A DNA stretch of 58,290 bases, the filler included, from Catajapyx aquilonaris (Eukaryota), in assembly GCA_000934665.2 (NCBI GenBank). It is 2 parts of 2 records of this genome, joined end to end, with 100 filler letters (N's around TTAATTAATTAA, not from the genome) between each part and the next. Parts side by side here need not be neighbours in the genome. Positions count along the whole stretch, not along the records: positions 29,197 to 58,290 come from JYFJ02004830.1; 1 more part is not named here. The stretch is one strand, 5' to 3'. Below, piece after piece: positions 43,437-55,855 of the stretch (the stretch's first letter is position 1; each line of letters starts with the position of its first letter). A program made the translations under genes and the position numbers. The notes beneath the pieces are model-generated. The model searched no databases, was not told the origin of the DNA, and saw only the letters and a program-made list of their open reading frames with translations.

Positions 43437-45153
43437 ACTGGTCGGCCGCGTCCGAAATCCACAGGATTCGGACGCGCCCTTTCCTACCCCCTCGCCACCT
43501 CCCCCGGGGGCAAGAGAAAAGAGTGGAAAAAAAAAAAACAACAAACAGAATTCGCAGCGGGCAGCGCATGGGGCAGAGTCCGCCCCAGGGCAGCAGCGGG
43601 ATGGCCGTGCCGAGAGTGGAACTGCCAGTGTAGAGGCAACCAGGGTCTTGTTTTGCTGGCCTGGGTTTGCTGCACTGCGCGCGGGTAATTATTCCTTCCA
43701 TTCAGCTGGTTTCCAGAGGGTGGGATGGAGGGGGAAAAAATAGGGGGTTTTTCCTTCCGTATGGAACTTTTGTGGGGCACTACTGGCAACCGGGGCACCA
43801 AGGTTCCTGAACCAGTAGGGGCAGACCTGCTGTTACGTCAACCATGAACGGCAGAACTAGCTGGACCAGATGATTGATCATTTTCAATTCGTGGAGGTTG
43901 CACCGGTTGTTTCTCTGTATTGCGCTCATTTACATTGCCTGAGAATAATGGGCCAATTTGTAGCTATTGGCAAGTGTGCGTAGAATCAATTTGGCTGACT
44001 GGGGATAGTATGGTGAGAGTAGGATTGTTGGCCTACTGTATGTAGGTCATGATGAATATTATGGTTATGCTAGGTGGACAGATGAGGACATTTTCTCATC
44101 CCGTAGGAGGGGTCAAAATATTCGGATGGAAAGGTGCAATTTGCACTCCAAAGTTATGATTTTCACTCCAAAGTGAGCCATGGAGTGCATAGTTTGCACT
44201 CCAGTTTTTTTAACGTAGCTAAACCCAGTAATTAAAAATTAAGCATTTCGATGCAATTTGCACGTGGACATAAAATTTAAGTTTCGACCCCTGCCTTAGT
44301 CAAACCTATAGTATACACAGGGTGGAAAAAATTTCTAAATCAATTGATACAGATAATTTATTCCAGATTCAGGCTATCCAAGTTTAATGCCTGGACACCC
44401 TCTGAATATGGGCTCAGCTTATACCATGGCCCAATTAAATTGTGCTAATCTTCATTATTTAAACATTGTTGGTACTACCGAACAATTTTTAATCGGGAGA
44501 AGCAAACACAAGATTTAAAGCAACATCATCACATGGGCAATATTTGATGCTTCAGGTTCATATTTCCCCAAACACTTGCCACCACCTGGGAATGATCTCA
44601 TCTCCAGAAGTTCTGTACGTCACTAGCAATATATGGTTTGTAATTCCTCTGCAGCTTTGTTTATTTTTCTCATAGCTGACATGCGTGATCTGAAGTGTCA
44701 CCAGTGGATTTATCCTCATGCAGTTCATTACTGTCAGAGTTGATTAGCGTGTAATGCCATTTCAAACAATTATATAGCATTAGTAAAATATCCTGCAAAT
44801 GGACAACAAGATATATCCCATATCTTTCATGTTTGTTTCTAGAGCACAGATAAAGAGCAGTGGTGGATTTCTTCTGTAAAGTGTAATAACCTCTCTTCTG
44901 CGCAACAGTATCGACTGTAACTAGAGGAAAATATCTTTACAACTTGATATATGTGGTACCTACTGTTTTTGGGGAAGGCAAAGTGGCCAGCAGTAATGCT
45001 TGTGCCCGCAGATCCCAGGTTGAATCCCAAGTCTGCTGGTGTCTGTAACAATTGAATTTGCATTCTTTGCAGGAGACTATTTAGTAGATATGTGGACGTG
45101 GGTAGATCAGCGGTGAGGACAGCTGCTGCATTAGGTACTTGTCAGGTGATGCA

Positions 45154-48100
45154 ATGGGCAGCACCCTCAGCCATTTCTTTCAATCGGGAAGCGCCTTGTT
45201 GTCGTCATCCAACCATCGAGGCGTATCAGAGCAGACCAAGCGTATCATGCGTGTCATCTTTGATGTGCTGGGATCAAATCCACGTGTAACTGTGCAGAGG
45301 CTTGAGGGACTCCTGTCACAGATTCCAAAGGTATAAATGTACTCACTGTCCACGATCCAGCTTCCTCTGACACCAGTGTTTGCTTCCAGAATGAGAACAT
45401 TCTTTTAGTCCACAATGAAGAAGGTTACAACGTCCTTCAGAAATGCGTTGGGATCAACAACTTGGAGATGACCAGGTGGATTCTCTGTAGAGGTGTTGAT
45501 GTGAACCGCGGGGCTTGCTCTCTGCCCTTGCACATAGCCTGTCTGAAGGGGTACGATGACTGCGTGGAAGTTCTACTCAAGTATGGGGCCAGAACAGATG
45601 TAGAGGCTCGCATGTGCTGGCCTGGACCTCACAACCAGAACTGCGAGGAAAGGGGAAAATACTGTGAGCAATTCCTCCTTTTGCAACTTCACTTCTCTCC
45701 TACTTCTGTCTAGTGTATTTTATAAAATTGTGGGGTAAGAACCAATGGTTCAATTGCCAGTATTTTATGTTGTTCTAAATTGGTGTTACAGAAAGTGTAA
45801 CGACATGTAAGATTGTAATAGACCACTTGAATTACTTCAGGCTCAAGCTAATGCATTTTGGTGTATATGTCACGCTTTGTGATTTGCGCAATCTGTAAAT
45901 GGCTGTAGTTTAATTGTCTTTATATCAAGGGCGTCACTGTAGGCAAGAGTACATAAATCAGTAACAGAGCCGCATTCTTTCCCTTTTTTTCATTCTACAA
46001 AGGCATGCATGATGAATCTCTGGTTGATCGCTCTAGCGACAAGCTTCAGAGTGCCATCTACTATGCCATCGATGGTGATCAGGTACTCCACCTCTTGCTC
46101 TCAATGGACCTGTATTATTAAGTAGTGCATAATTTTCTCCAATATTCTTTGACTCAGCAAATGAAAATTTAGTGTGAATGTGAGTGATATGAGACTGACG
46201 CTTTACTCTTATGCAGGTGGACATCCTGGAGCTGCTAACCCAGCAGGGCGAGGAGCACTGGTTACCTTGGCAGCAGAAGAGGCCACTTTTGCACATAGCT
46301 TGCGAGAGAGGAGCCTGGAATTGTGTCAAGTTCCTGGTGGCGGAAAGGGCTGAGGAGATTAATCAGTGTTATGACGAGTTCTATCCCATCCACCAGGCAG
46401 CACTGCATGAACCAAAGTTTGTGGAGTTGCTCATACAGGTGAGACGAACACTGTTTAATTGAAAATTGAGTGTAATGAAGTTTGCCTGGGAACAAGTGGC
46501 TGGGCAAATGGACTGTAAGGTAGCAAAATAATGGCAAAATAATGTGGCAGTAAGCGTTTCCCTGTGTAATAAATATTTTCACTTGTAGGCTGGGGCGGAA
46601 ACGTCTGTCCGCACTGCAACGCAGCAGATGACCCTCCTGCATGTGTTGTTTTTGTGTGGCAAGAAGAGTGCAGAAGATACCCTGCACACTGCCCGATTGC
46701 TGTTGGACCATGGCTTGCAAGACCTGCTGAACAAACCTGACTCCCTTGGGAACACACCACTTCATGCTCTCATTGTCCGGTGAGACATTTGACACTTTCC
46801 ACTGCTTCATGTAAAGAAGCTGATTATTATGTTTTTTCGCAAGTGTTGATGGCTGAATAGGCCAGTTTCACAGGACATGATTTTTCACAGGTATGCCCTT
46901 GAGGAGGCACGTTATGTGTACAACCAGGAACCAGTACCTTGGACGAAGTGGGATCTCCTCCACCTAGTCCGTTTCCTACTGCAGAAGGGAGCAAAGGACT
47001 CTATTAACCAGCCAGGAAATTCCGCCCTGGCCTGCGTCCTAAGGCATGTGCGAGACTGGGAGTTTAGGTACGAGCTTCTCCACATGCTGCTGCAGGAGGG
47101 AGGTAATCCTAATGTGGTAGGGAGAGACGGATCTGTCCCACTCATGGTATGCCTTGTGCCACTCATCAACAAGGACCCATTGCATCACTTCACACACACC
47201 ATGAAGGCAAGTTTACTGGATGACATTCAGCCGTTTATATCAAGTACGCTGTAATGAAAACCTGTGCAGCGCAGGGAATTAACTGTTCTCTTGAGAACCA
47301 CATCCTTTAGAAAAATGTAATTTAACGTTTTTCCTCATGTTTTAGGTTTTCTACCTGAACTGCGTTCGTCTCCTGTGCATTCATGGGGCCAATGCAAACT
47401 GCTCGTCTCGGTCCCACCTAACCCCCCTGCATGTGCTTGTCTTCACGGCCAACGAGAACATGGCTCTAAGCCGGGAGCAAGAAAAGGCAGACAACTTTGC
47501 TTTCATACGTGAACTCCTTATACTTCTCCTGAAATATGGGCTGGACCCAAATCTGCGCTTCTCTCAGCGCACCCCTCACGTCCTTTTGGCACTCCTGGAC
47601 TTGGTAAACTCTTCTCGCCAGCCTCGCGACCTGGATCATGTGTATGACCTCACTCAGACTCTGTTGTCGTATGGGTCCGATCCAGATGCCTACCTGGGGG
47701 GGACTGAGCCCACTATTTGCCACTCGCAGTCATCACTGTACCTGAAGAGGGATGCCAGTCAGGTTTTGGCTTCATATGTGCAGGCACGTATTCATCTTGG
47801 AGTTGGAATAGCATTTTAAAATTATCCTCTTTGCAATGAGCAATTAAACATCCTATAATATGTGATCTTAGCCTTTAAGATAGCAGTTCTCATATACTTA
47901 ACCATTCCCATTGCAATATTTGATAGGTGGTGAGCCGCAAAGAAGAATTATTGGCAGACCCACAGCAAAGGTTTGCCCGACTGCTGTGGCTTTACCACCA
48001 GACCATGAGCCACCGGCCCCTCTACGCCTGCCTGAAGATGCTGGCTGCATCTGGTGCTGGCAACCCTGGGGCGTCTGGGCCGGGAGCAGGACCAAGGGCA

Positions 48101-48316
48101 AGGGGTGGGACAGGCGGGGCAGCCAAGGCTCCAGCCACACCGCAGGTGTCCACGATGGCCGGCCTTCTGCGGAACATGCACATGCAGCCCCGATCGCTGA
48201 AGCAGCTGAGCCGCCTGAGCATATATCACTCACTGGGACGCAAACCAGCCCTGCACATTGGCAAGCTCCCACTGCCCACCTCGCTCAAGGACTACCTCGT
48301 CTCCTTCGAGCCCTGA
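45154..48316 (+). CDS. Ankyrin-repeat and SOCS-box protein (~695 aa), predicted N-myristoylated
   Basis: Exons 45154-45330, 45390-45663, 46003-46082, 46217-46438, 46589-46779, 46891-47206, 47346-47783, 47927-48316; 2088 nt in frame. Ankyrin motifs PLHIACLKG..CVEVLLKYGA, LLHIACERG, PIHQAA, GNTPLH, TPLHVL. C-terminal SOCS box PRSLKQLSRLSIYHSLG...KLPLPTSLKDYL. Starts MGSTLS. Confidence 0.88.
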
Positions 48317-49126
48317 TGGGCCTCTATATCACCTTCTCCCTTTCCCCTCGCGTTCACAGACTGACTGCACTGCCAACATTTTTTGCCAAGTGCCTGCACC
48401 CCTGTCCCCTTCGCCGTCAAGCGTGTGCCAGGGGAAGGGGAATATATATTTTTCTGTCCGACTCTACCGAAGGACTGGAAGACGACAAAGAGTATGTGTA
48501 TACCGTATACAAAAAAAAGAAGTCAGGACAGGATGTTGTTAAAAGGGTGTTGGGATGTGTGTGTGTGCATGTGTGTGCGTGATTTTGTTGGTACAATGTG
48601 TGAACAGGTGTATCTTTGGGATTTACTTCCTCCCTACACCTTCCCCGTTTCCAGTCTTAAAACAGTGTAGTCCCATCCTTCCTCCGATTAAAACAATGTT
48701 ATGCCCCCCCTTTCAAACCCTCCTTCCAAGAAATTATTATGGGTCCGTTGTATCGTCTGTCCCGTAACATATTAGGCTTTTATTGCAAGTCCCGACTGAT
48801 GTCCATATTTGAAAAGGGCAAATTTCCTGTTTTACTTTTGCAATGTGAAAAGGAATTTCCTGCATTAAGCAGTGTAAAAATGCTCAAAACGTTAAACCCT
48901 GTGTATTATTTCTATTCCTCTACTAGTAGTGAACCCAAGGGGTTAACTACTTGACTGTAAAGTAGCTACTGGAGTACTTGGGAGTACCGAAGTGGTTATA
49001 ACACCTTGAGTGAACCCATTGCCAAAATTTGGATACATGGCCCTCCACCACCACTTGGACGTCGTACGATATGCCGAAGCCAGATGACTACGACTTTATG
49101 GTAACTACATGCATCTAGGTGATTAG

Positions 49127-49443
49127 CAGGGGCGGATCCAGACTTTCAATTGGGNGACAACTGTCATTCGAGAGACTCCCGTATGACTCTGACTAATGAT
49201 TGGCAATGGATGACATTTCTTGTCAAGCCCAGCAGATCCTATTCCTTCCTTGTAGATAACTTCTGAATTAAAAAGCGAAATGATGAGAGAAGAGGTGTGG
49301 ACAGTATTTGATGAAATTGGTAGCACTTTTTCAAAAAAATCATCCTAATTTGCAGATTAAAATTTTAAAAATATTTCGCTTCCCCCGGTTTGGGGGGGGG
49401 GGGGTCATGACCCCTGTGACATCCCCCCCTGTATCCGCCACTG
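49127..49443. mobile_element. hAT-type MITE with a perfect 8-bp target-site duplication
   Basis: TIRs CAGGGGCGGATCCAG / CTGTATCCGCCACTG; TSD GTGATTAG at 49119-49126 and 49444-49451. Confidence 0.88.
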
Positions 49444-50152
49444 GTGATTAGCGCGTGAAGAAACGGTCACTCTGGCCAATAATTCTATGTATGACTTGAC
49501 AGATTTTTGGCATCTGAAAGTGATAACTATATGGTAACTACATGCACCTAGGTGATGAGTCAGCGCACGTAGGGACAAAGTCACGCCTAGCCAATTCTGT
49601 GTGACATGTTTTTGGCAACACACCGGCCGATTTTAAAAGCTAATCAGGGTAACATCAATCCGCAACCCGTTTCAAACCGGCCAATCACATCCGTTTGTTG
49701 TACATGCCACCCTGAACAGCACAATCTGGCATCCCTGCTTTTCCGCCTCCCCTCCCTCTTCCCTCCCCAATCCAACAAACAGGCGTCACTTGGCAACCCC
49801 GCTTTTCCATTCTATCCCGAGGATTAAATGTCGTTGGGCGAACGGGATCCGTCGCCCCGATCGAATCCGGAATCATCTGGCGGACATCAGCACAGGAGGC
49901 GACCCTGCACTGCCCCGGACAGACCCTGAAGGTGCCCCCTGCCAGCCCCCGGCACCAGACGGACTCGAACACGGCTTGAGTGTCATCCTCCCAACAGTTT
50001 TCTCCCGAGTGGGTTTTTCCCCCCCCCTTCCCTCTGTCCGTGTTCTGAAGGAGAAGAAGAAGCAATAATAANTTTACAAGAGAGAATATTTTCCCCTTTT
50101 TAGCGCCATATCCCTCTGTCCGTGTTCTGAAGGAGAAGAAGAAGCAATAATA

Positions 50153-53100
50153 ATGGCCTGCGCTACGCTGAAGCGGAGTTTGGAGTTCGACCCTCTCCAC
50201 AGCCCTGGAAGCTCCAGGCCGCCCAAGAGGAGGCGATGCATGCCCATCTGCATGTCCAGCTCGGCCCCTCCCACCAGGCAGCACCAGGTCGACCCTTCGC
50301 CCTTCTCGGATGCAGTCAACAAGCTCACACCAGGTCTGTGTTGCGTACAGGGAGGAGGGCCTACCAGGCTGTACCAAGTCGTACCAAGTAAACGAGTGTG
50401 CGTTGACGCAATCACGCAGCGAGGTCGTTCCGAGGCCAAATAAATTGAGCAAAGTTGTTCCGAATGGGTAGTGCAACCTACCCGGAACAGTCCCGAGGAC
50501 AACAGTCGCTTGTGCAATAAGAGACTGCAGCAAAAGTACTAAGCCGCATTCACATGCGAGCGATTTGATCGATGATGTTGCAGCGATGTACCCCCGCGAG
50601 CGAGACGGCAGCCCCTTTTTTGACCAATATCCGACTCAAATTAATGAACTCTTTTTGGACTGAGCTGCTTCAGGCGTATGTTCGTGTACTTATGACAGTA
50701 TATTTGATAACGTAATAGCTGAGATTGGTGGAGCAGCCTGGCGAAGGGAAGGGCCTGCTGTCTCCATCTTTATGCTCGTGGGTGTACAGAGCGAAATTCG
50801 CCCCGAACTATCAGTCTCATCGTTGATCAAATTGCTCACATGTAAGTGTGACTTAACAGACTGAAACATGTCACTTTTGCAGTAACAGACTGAAACAAAA
50901 GTCGCTTGTGCAGTAACGGACTGGAATAGTTTTGCATGGAGTCAGTACCAAGTCAAGTTACAGGAGGATAATTCTGCAGAATTATCTGATGTGTGCTAGT
51001 TCATGCGGCCATTGTGCAAAATAACATGCTGATGGTTTGAAAAGCGGCACTGATTCTATTGTGCTGCTACAGCAAGTTGCGACATGAGTATGTTTCTGTA
51101 CTGAGGAATATGGCTGTTGGATTTGTCATAAACTTGTCCCTTGTTTTTGATGAATTTAGCAGATATTTAGCTTCTAGAATTTTCTCAGAGTCGCCGGTCC
51201 GGACTGGTTTGGCTAATGTATTCACATACTCCGCATCAGGACGGGTCTATTTCCATGGGTGACTTACACCTGAGGGGGTAATTACATAACTGTGGTGCAA
51301 TGAAACAGCTGACACATCAGGAATTTTGACCTTGCAAATCATTCCGACTCCACTGGCACCGTAATATTCTAAGGATTCTAAATTAGGATAATTTGGCCCT
51401 AGCGTGATGTCACATGCTGCATCTGAAAGGTTAATAGTTGTGTTTACATTAGTTTTCATAGGCTGACATGTAGTATAGGGAAGTTGCTGGGGAGCCATGA
51501 TACACGTGTCGTTAGTCCTTGGTGAAGTTGCAGGTTTTATGTAGTATAAGCTACAAGTTGCATTGCGGAATGTTTGTAAGGCTTGAATTGTGTATTACCA
51601 TGCGAAATACTTATCATTAAGCGAAAGTACAGTCATAGGCATACGTAAACACACAGATTTGGGATGTCTAATCTGATGATGTCATGCAAAGATTGGGCAA
51701 AGTCTGAAATGCTTTTCTGAAGAAATGGGGGATTTGTTGCGGTGGGAAAAAATTTGGAAATTTTCTCAAGGTGGCAGCTGGGGATGGATAGTGGATGGCA
51801 ACCTTGCTTTGAAGGCCATGCCTTTAGGATATCCATACGGTTATTAGGACGGCTGTTTTATCTATTCGAGGTGTAATTATACCTTCTTATTCTTAGATAT
51901 GAATTGTTTGTATGGGATTTTTTATGTCAGGCCTCTGCAATTAAATGCATTGGAATGTCTTGCTATTATTCAGTGCTGAGTTGACGCAGATTCCTCGTGG
52001 CATTGCAGTAATTGTCACGCGCAATGAATAAGTCTGGAATTTGTTGCACCCTTGGAACCAATGCGAAATTGGTGGGTTACCAGTAGTTATGGATGAGGCA
52101 TTATGTGCAAAACTTAATGGAAATTAGTTAACAGGGATTGGGGAGAGTTTCGATTAGTTCTGTCTTGTGTTCGCTTGGATTTTCTGTTGGGCTATACTGT
52201 TTCCTCCGACTCAAAACCTGTCACAGCGCAGCCTGTGAATAAAGTTGGTCATAAAGTGTGATCCCCTAAAAGGCCCCAGTTGTAGGCTTATCACAGGGGA
52301 GCCCATTATTATTATCCCACTATTTGTATCGCAGTAAATAATTACATGTGCATGTGAAGGTTACATACTGTCTCCGATAGTCCCAATTTACAGCTTCAAT
52401 TATCTTCTAACCGTTCCCAGACCTTAAAGTATCCTCCTAGAGGCATAATAATCATGCATTTGTGGTGCAAATGCCTGGCATGCTGAAGTATTATCGCCGT
52501 TTCATGGTGCACACCCTGTTAATGTTATTAGCGGCATTACCAATAGATCACATTGCAATTTACATACAATGTAATTGGCAAAATCGTGCAGATTATTTGA
52601 CAAAGTGGAGAACAGGTTATCAAATTTTTCAAACATTGGGCAGGGATGGCAGTGTCATACATCTGACGATGATAACAAAAGTTGGAGGTACTCTCAGTCC
52701 AACAAGAATTGTCGCAGCGGCAGCGCACGAACTACAATCTACGAGCACAGGGACACGAGAGACTGTAGTTCGTGTGCTGCCGCTGCGACAATTCTTGTTG
52801 GACAGCAGGTATACACCAGCAGATTCACACCACAGTTAATTTTATTGCTAAAAATAGTTTTGCCATGTTTAAAGGGAAAATTTTTGGATATAGGTTTTTA
52901 TTAAGCAATCCAAATGTCACCTGAAGGGTTTAGGCTTCCTTGGGAGGAAGTGTGGAACTGGGAACTTTTTTGTTTTGTTGCAATACCATTATTTTTCACT
53001 GTTGAATGTAGCATAGCCCTGAGTTACAACAAATATTTCCTTCCATGGAAACTCGACCAAAAATATTGCAAGCAGCCATGACTTTTTTGAAAAATCCATC

Positions 53101-54079
53101 TCCTAATGTACAAATGGAAAAATTTGACACGGAACAGGTGCAAGAGAACATGGGTGTGAGGCGAGCATTAATGGTATCTCAGTTTGCACACGTAACGTAT
53201 TCCACATCCATGATATTGCTTTGAGGATGAATATCTGCAACAAAAATTCAATGTGACACATGTGTCTCTTAGCCGCAATTACAATATCTAATTGCTCCAT
53301 TTTCTTCCACAGAACGCATTGCAGCCAATATCCGGGAGGAGATGCGGCGCCTGCACCGGCGCAAGCAGCTCCACTTTGAAGGGGAGAGCTCATCGTCTGG
53401 ATCAGAGAGCCCTTCTCCGCCAACCTCCCCCTCCAGCGGCAATCTACCTTCCCGCCTGTCGCACCATTCGCAGTCTGCCACCACACCCACCCCATCCATG
53501 ATGGGCCATCGCCCTCATCTCCATCTTCACTCTGCTCCAAGGGACAAGCCTCTCTTCACCTTCCAGCAAGTAAGTCCTTCCTTCCTTTGCATTCAGAATT
53601 TGCTGCTAATGCTCTGCTACTCTTTTCGTTGTGCAGGTGAGGATGATCTGCGAGCGCATGGTACGTGACAGGGAGAGTGAGCTGGTTCAGGAGTATGACA
53701 CAGTGCTTAACACCAAGCTGGCAGAGCAATACGACGCCTTTGTCAAGTTTACTTATGACCAGATCCAGAAGCGATTTGAAGCTGCTGCTGCTCCCAGTTG
53801 TAAGTTATGGAAAGAAAATTCCTGCAAGGAATGTGTCGCATTTGCATGTGTTGTATCGTAGGTGGTGGCATCAGTGTGTCACTTTCATGTGGATGAAAAA
53901 TGTAGTTTTCCATATTTACAATGACATGAAGAAATGGTGGTGGCTCACAATTATGTGTAGTTATGAATTAGCTTGGTCCTTTTCGTTTACTTACAACTGG
54001 TGTTTTTGTCTTTGAATTACGACAACTCTTTTTGCGTATTACTGAGACATTGCTTTCCTTTGTTTCAGACCTGTCTTAA
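50153..54079 (+). CDS. akirin: Akirin (subolesin), 203 aa
   Basis: Exons 50153-50333, 53313-53569, 53637-53799, 54069-54079. [14 protein letters not shown]...[51 protein letters not shown]-terminal PSYLS. AATAAA at 55012-55017. Confidence 0.97.
50540..50855. mobile_element. Harbinger-like MITE in akirin intron 1, same family as the ATE1 intron cluster
   Basis: TAAGCCGCATTCACATGCGAGCGATTTGATC ... GATCAAATTGCTCACATGTAAGTGTGACTTA. Confidence 0.7.
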
Positions 54080-55855
54080 GTTGCAGAGGAGCATCCATAT
54101 GACCCACGTGCCTAAAAGAACCGACGCATCCAGTTGGGTGAGGGGGGTGACCCCCTGAGCCCCATTTAGCTTGTGTTTTAATAATTGCCAAACGGCACTG
54201 CGGTTTAAATACTACGCATAATAAGGGTATATTGTGTATCACTACCAACATTTTGGAAGGGAAGTGGGAAAGTTGTTGCCAAGTGGACTCTTCACGTTCC
54301 CCCCCATTGCCTACCCCTCCCTTCATAGTTGCATGTAGGGTTTAGATATTTGAGGAGTGCAAGAAAAGTGGCCTTTGGTGAAGTCATTGGGCGGCATACT
54401 TTGCCTCAAAAAAACGAAGCCTCTCCCTACCTCTCCTCCCACCCTCCTTCCGACCAACCAATCCAACTTGCACCTTCCTGTGATCATACCAATGCCCTTA
54501 GCCTGACTATTAACCCTCCCTCCCCTCATCCATTCGTAGTTGTAGGACCATTGCTTCTTGTGTATATGGAGAACAAGTTGGTGAAGACAGTGCTGTTTCG
54601 AGGAGAGTGACACTGGGTCATTCGTGCCACATATTACAAGTTGGGAAAAAAGAGGACTGACGGGACGTGATTGCCAATTGCTAATATTGCTTATATCTGT
54701 CGCCGGGGTCAATGCGGAGGCTGAGAGCTTCTGCGGCATGTCACCCTAGTAGATGTGTTGTGGAGTAGACAAGTTGCAGCGCTGTCTGAGTAGTGATTTA
54801 TGCAGTCCCTTACCCCCCTCCCCTCAACTTTACAATACCCTTGGAACCGGATAAAACTCAGTGACTCAGCAGCGCAACAAAGAGTGGCAGTGGATTTGCA
54901 CTGCAGTGTACACGTGGTTGTCTACAGTCTTTTTTGTACAGGTTTTGCTCTAATCATATAATCATCCCCCCCCCTGGAAATGCCCTGTTCCCCTCTTGTG
55001 ACTGAGCCCGAAATAAAGTTGTATGGGTCATTTGCTCATACTCAGTTTATGGCAACTCACTTTTTTAAACCTCGTCAATGCCTTGTTGTAGACTTCCAGC
55101 AAGACAAACCTAGGTCAAGTTGTTGTGTGTAACGTGGTAAGGTGTGACTGGATTTCTCGTGCATTGTTTTGAGTGTGATTGTGGCAGTATTCCGTGTCAT
55201 GGGCAGGGCCTGCATGTGGTCTTTGCCCTTACCTGTCTTGTAGATAGGGCGCTTCTCCTTGGGACGGCAGTATTGTTGTTAGTGTCACTTTCAAGCCAGT
55301 GTAACAGAAGATGGTCATTTGAACACATTTTGAAATCAATACACCTGTCTGCTCTCTTGTCGCTAAAATGTCGCCTTTGGAATAGTACTGGTATAACAAA
55401 GGACATCAATGGCTGAACACTATCATTCAGTTTAACTAACAATGAAAGGCATGTGACGTCAGTCCTGTTCTAAGACAATGTATTTAAGCTAATTGTTGAT
55501 CTGCATCATGAAACAAATCTTTTTGCATGGAAAGCCTCTTTATTGCACACAAGTTAACATGAACTTCAGGTACATGTAGCATGATCTTAAAAATAATGCT
55601 TGCCACGTTCTCATACTTTCTGTGATGGTCAAACGTTTTCTTTAACGCAAGTAATGACTTGACTAAAAACAAAGGGAAGAAGACAGTAGTAGTTTGTACT
55701 TGCCGACAGTGAAACTAATTATTGGCTTACTGGTATTGCATTCAACGAAGACTGTTACAACCTTAACAAACAAACAAAAACTAAAGGAGAAAAAAGACAT
55801 TAGGATGGGAAAGATATGAGCGAGGCACTTGGTGGCAGCTAGACTTCTGTCGTGA

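Noticed and set aside
50030..50153. ~42-bp direct duplication in the akirin 5' leader
   Set aside because: The copies are separated by a single N, typical of a contig overlap or haplotype join; probably an assembly artefact unless reads span both copies.
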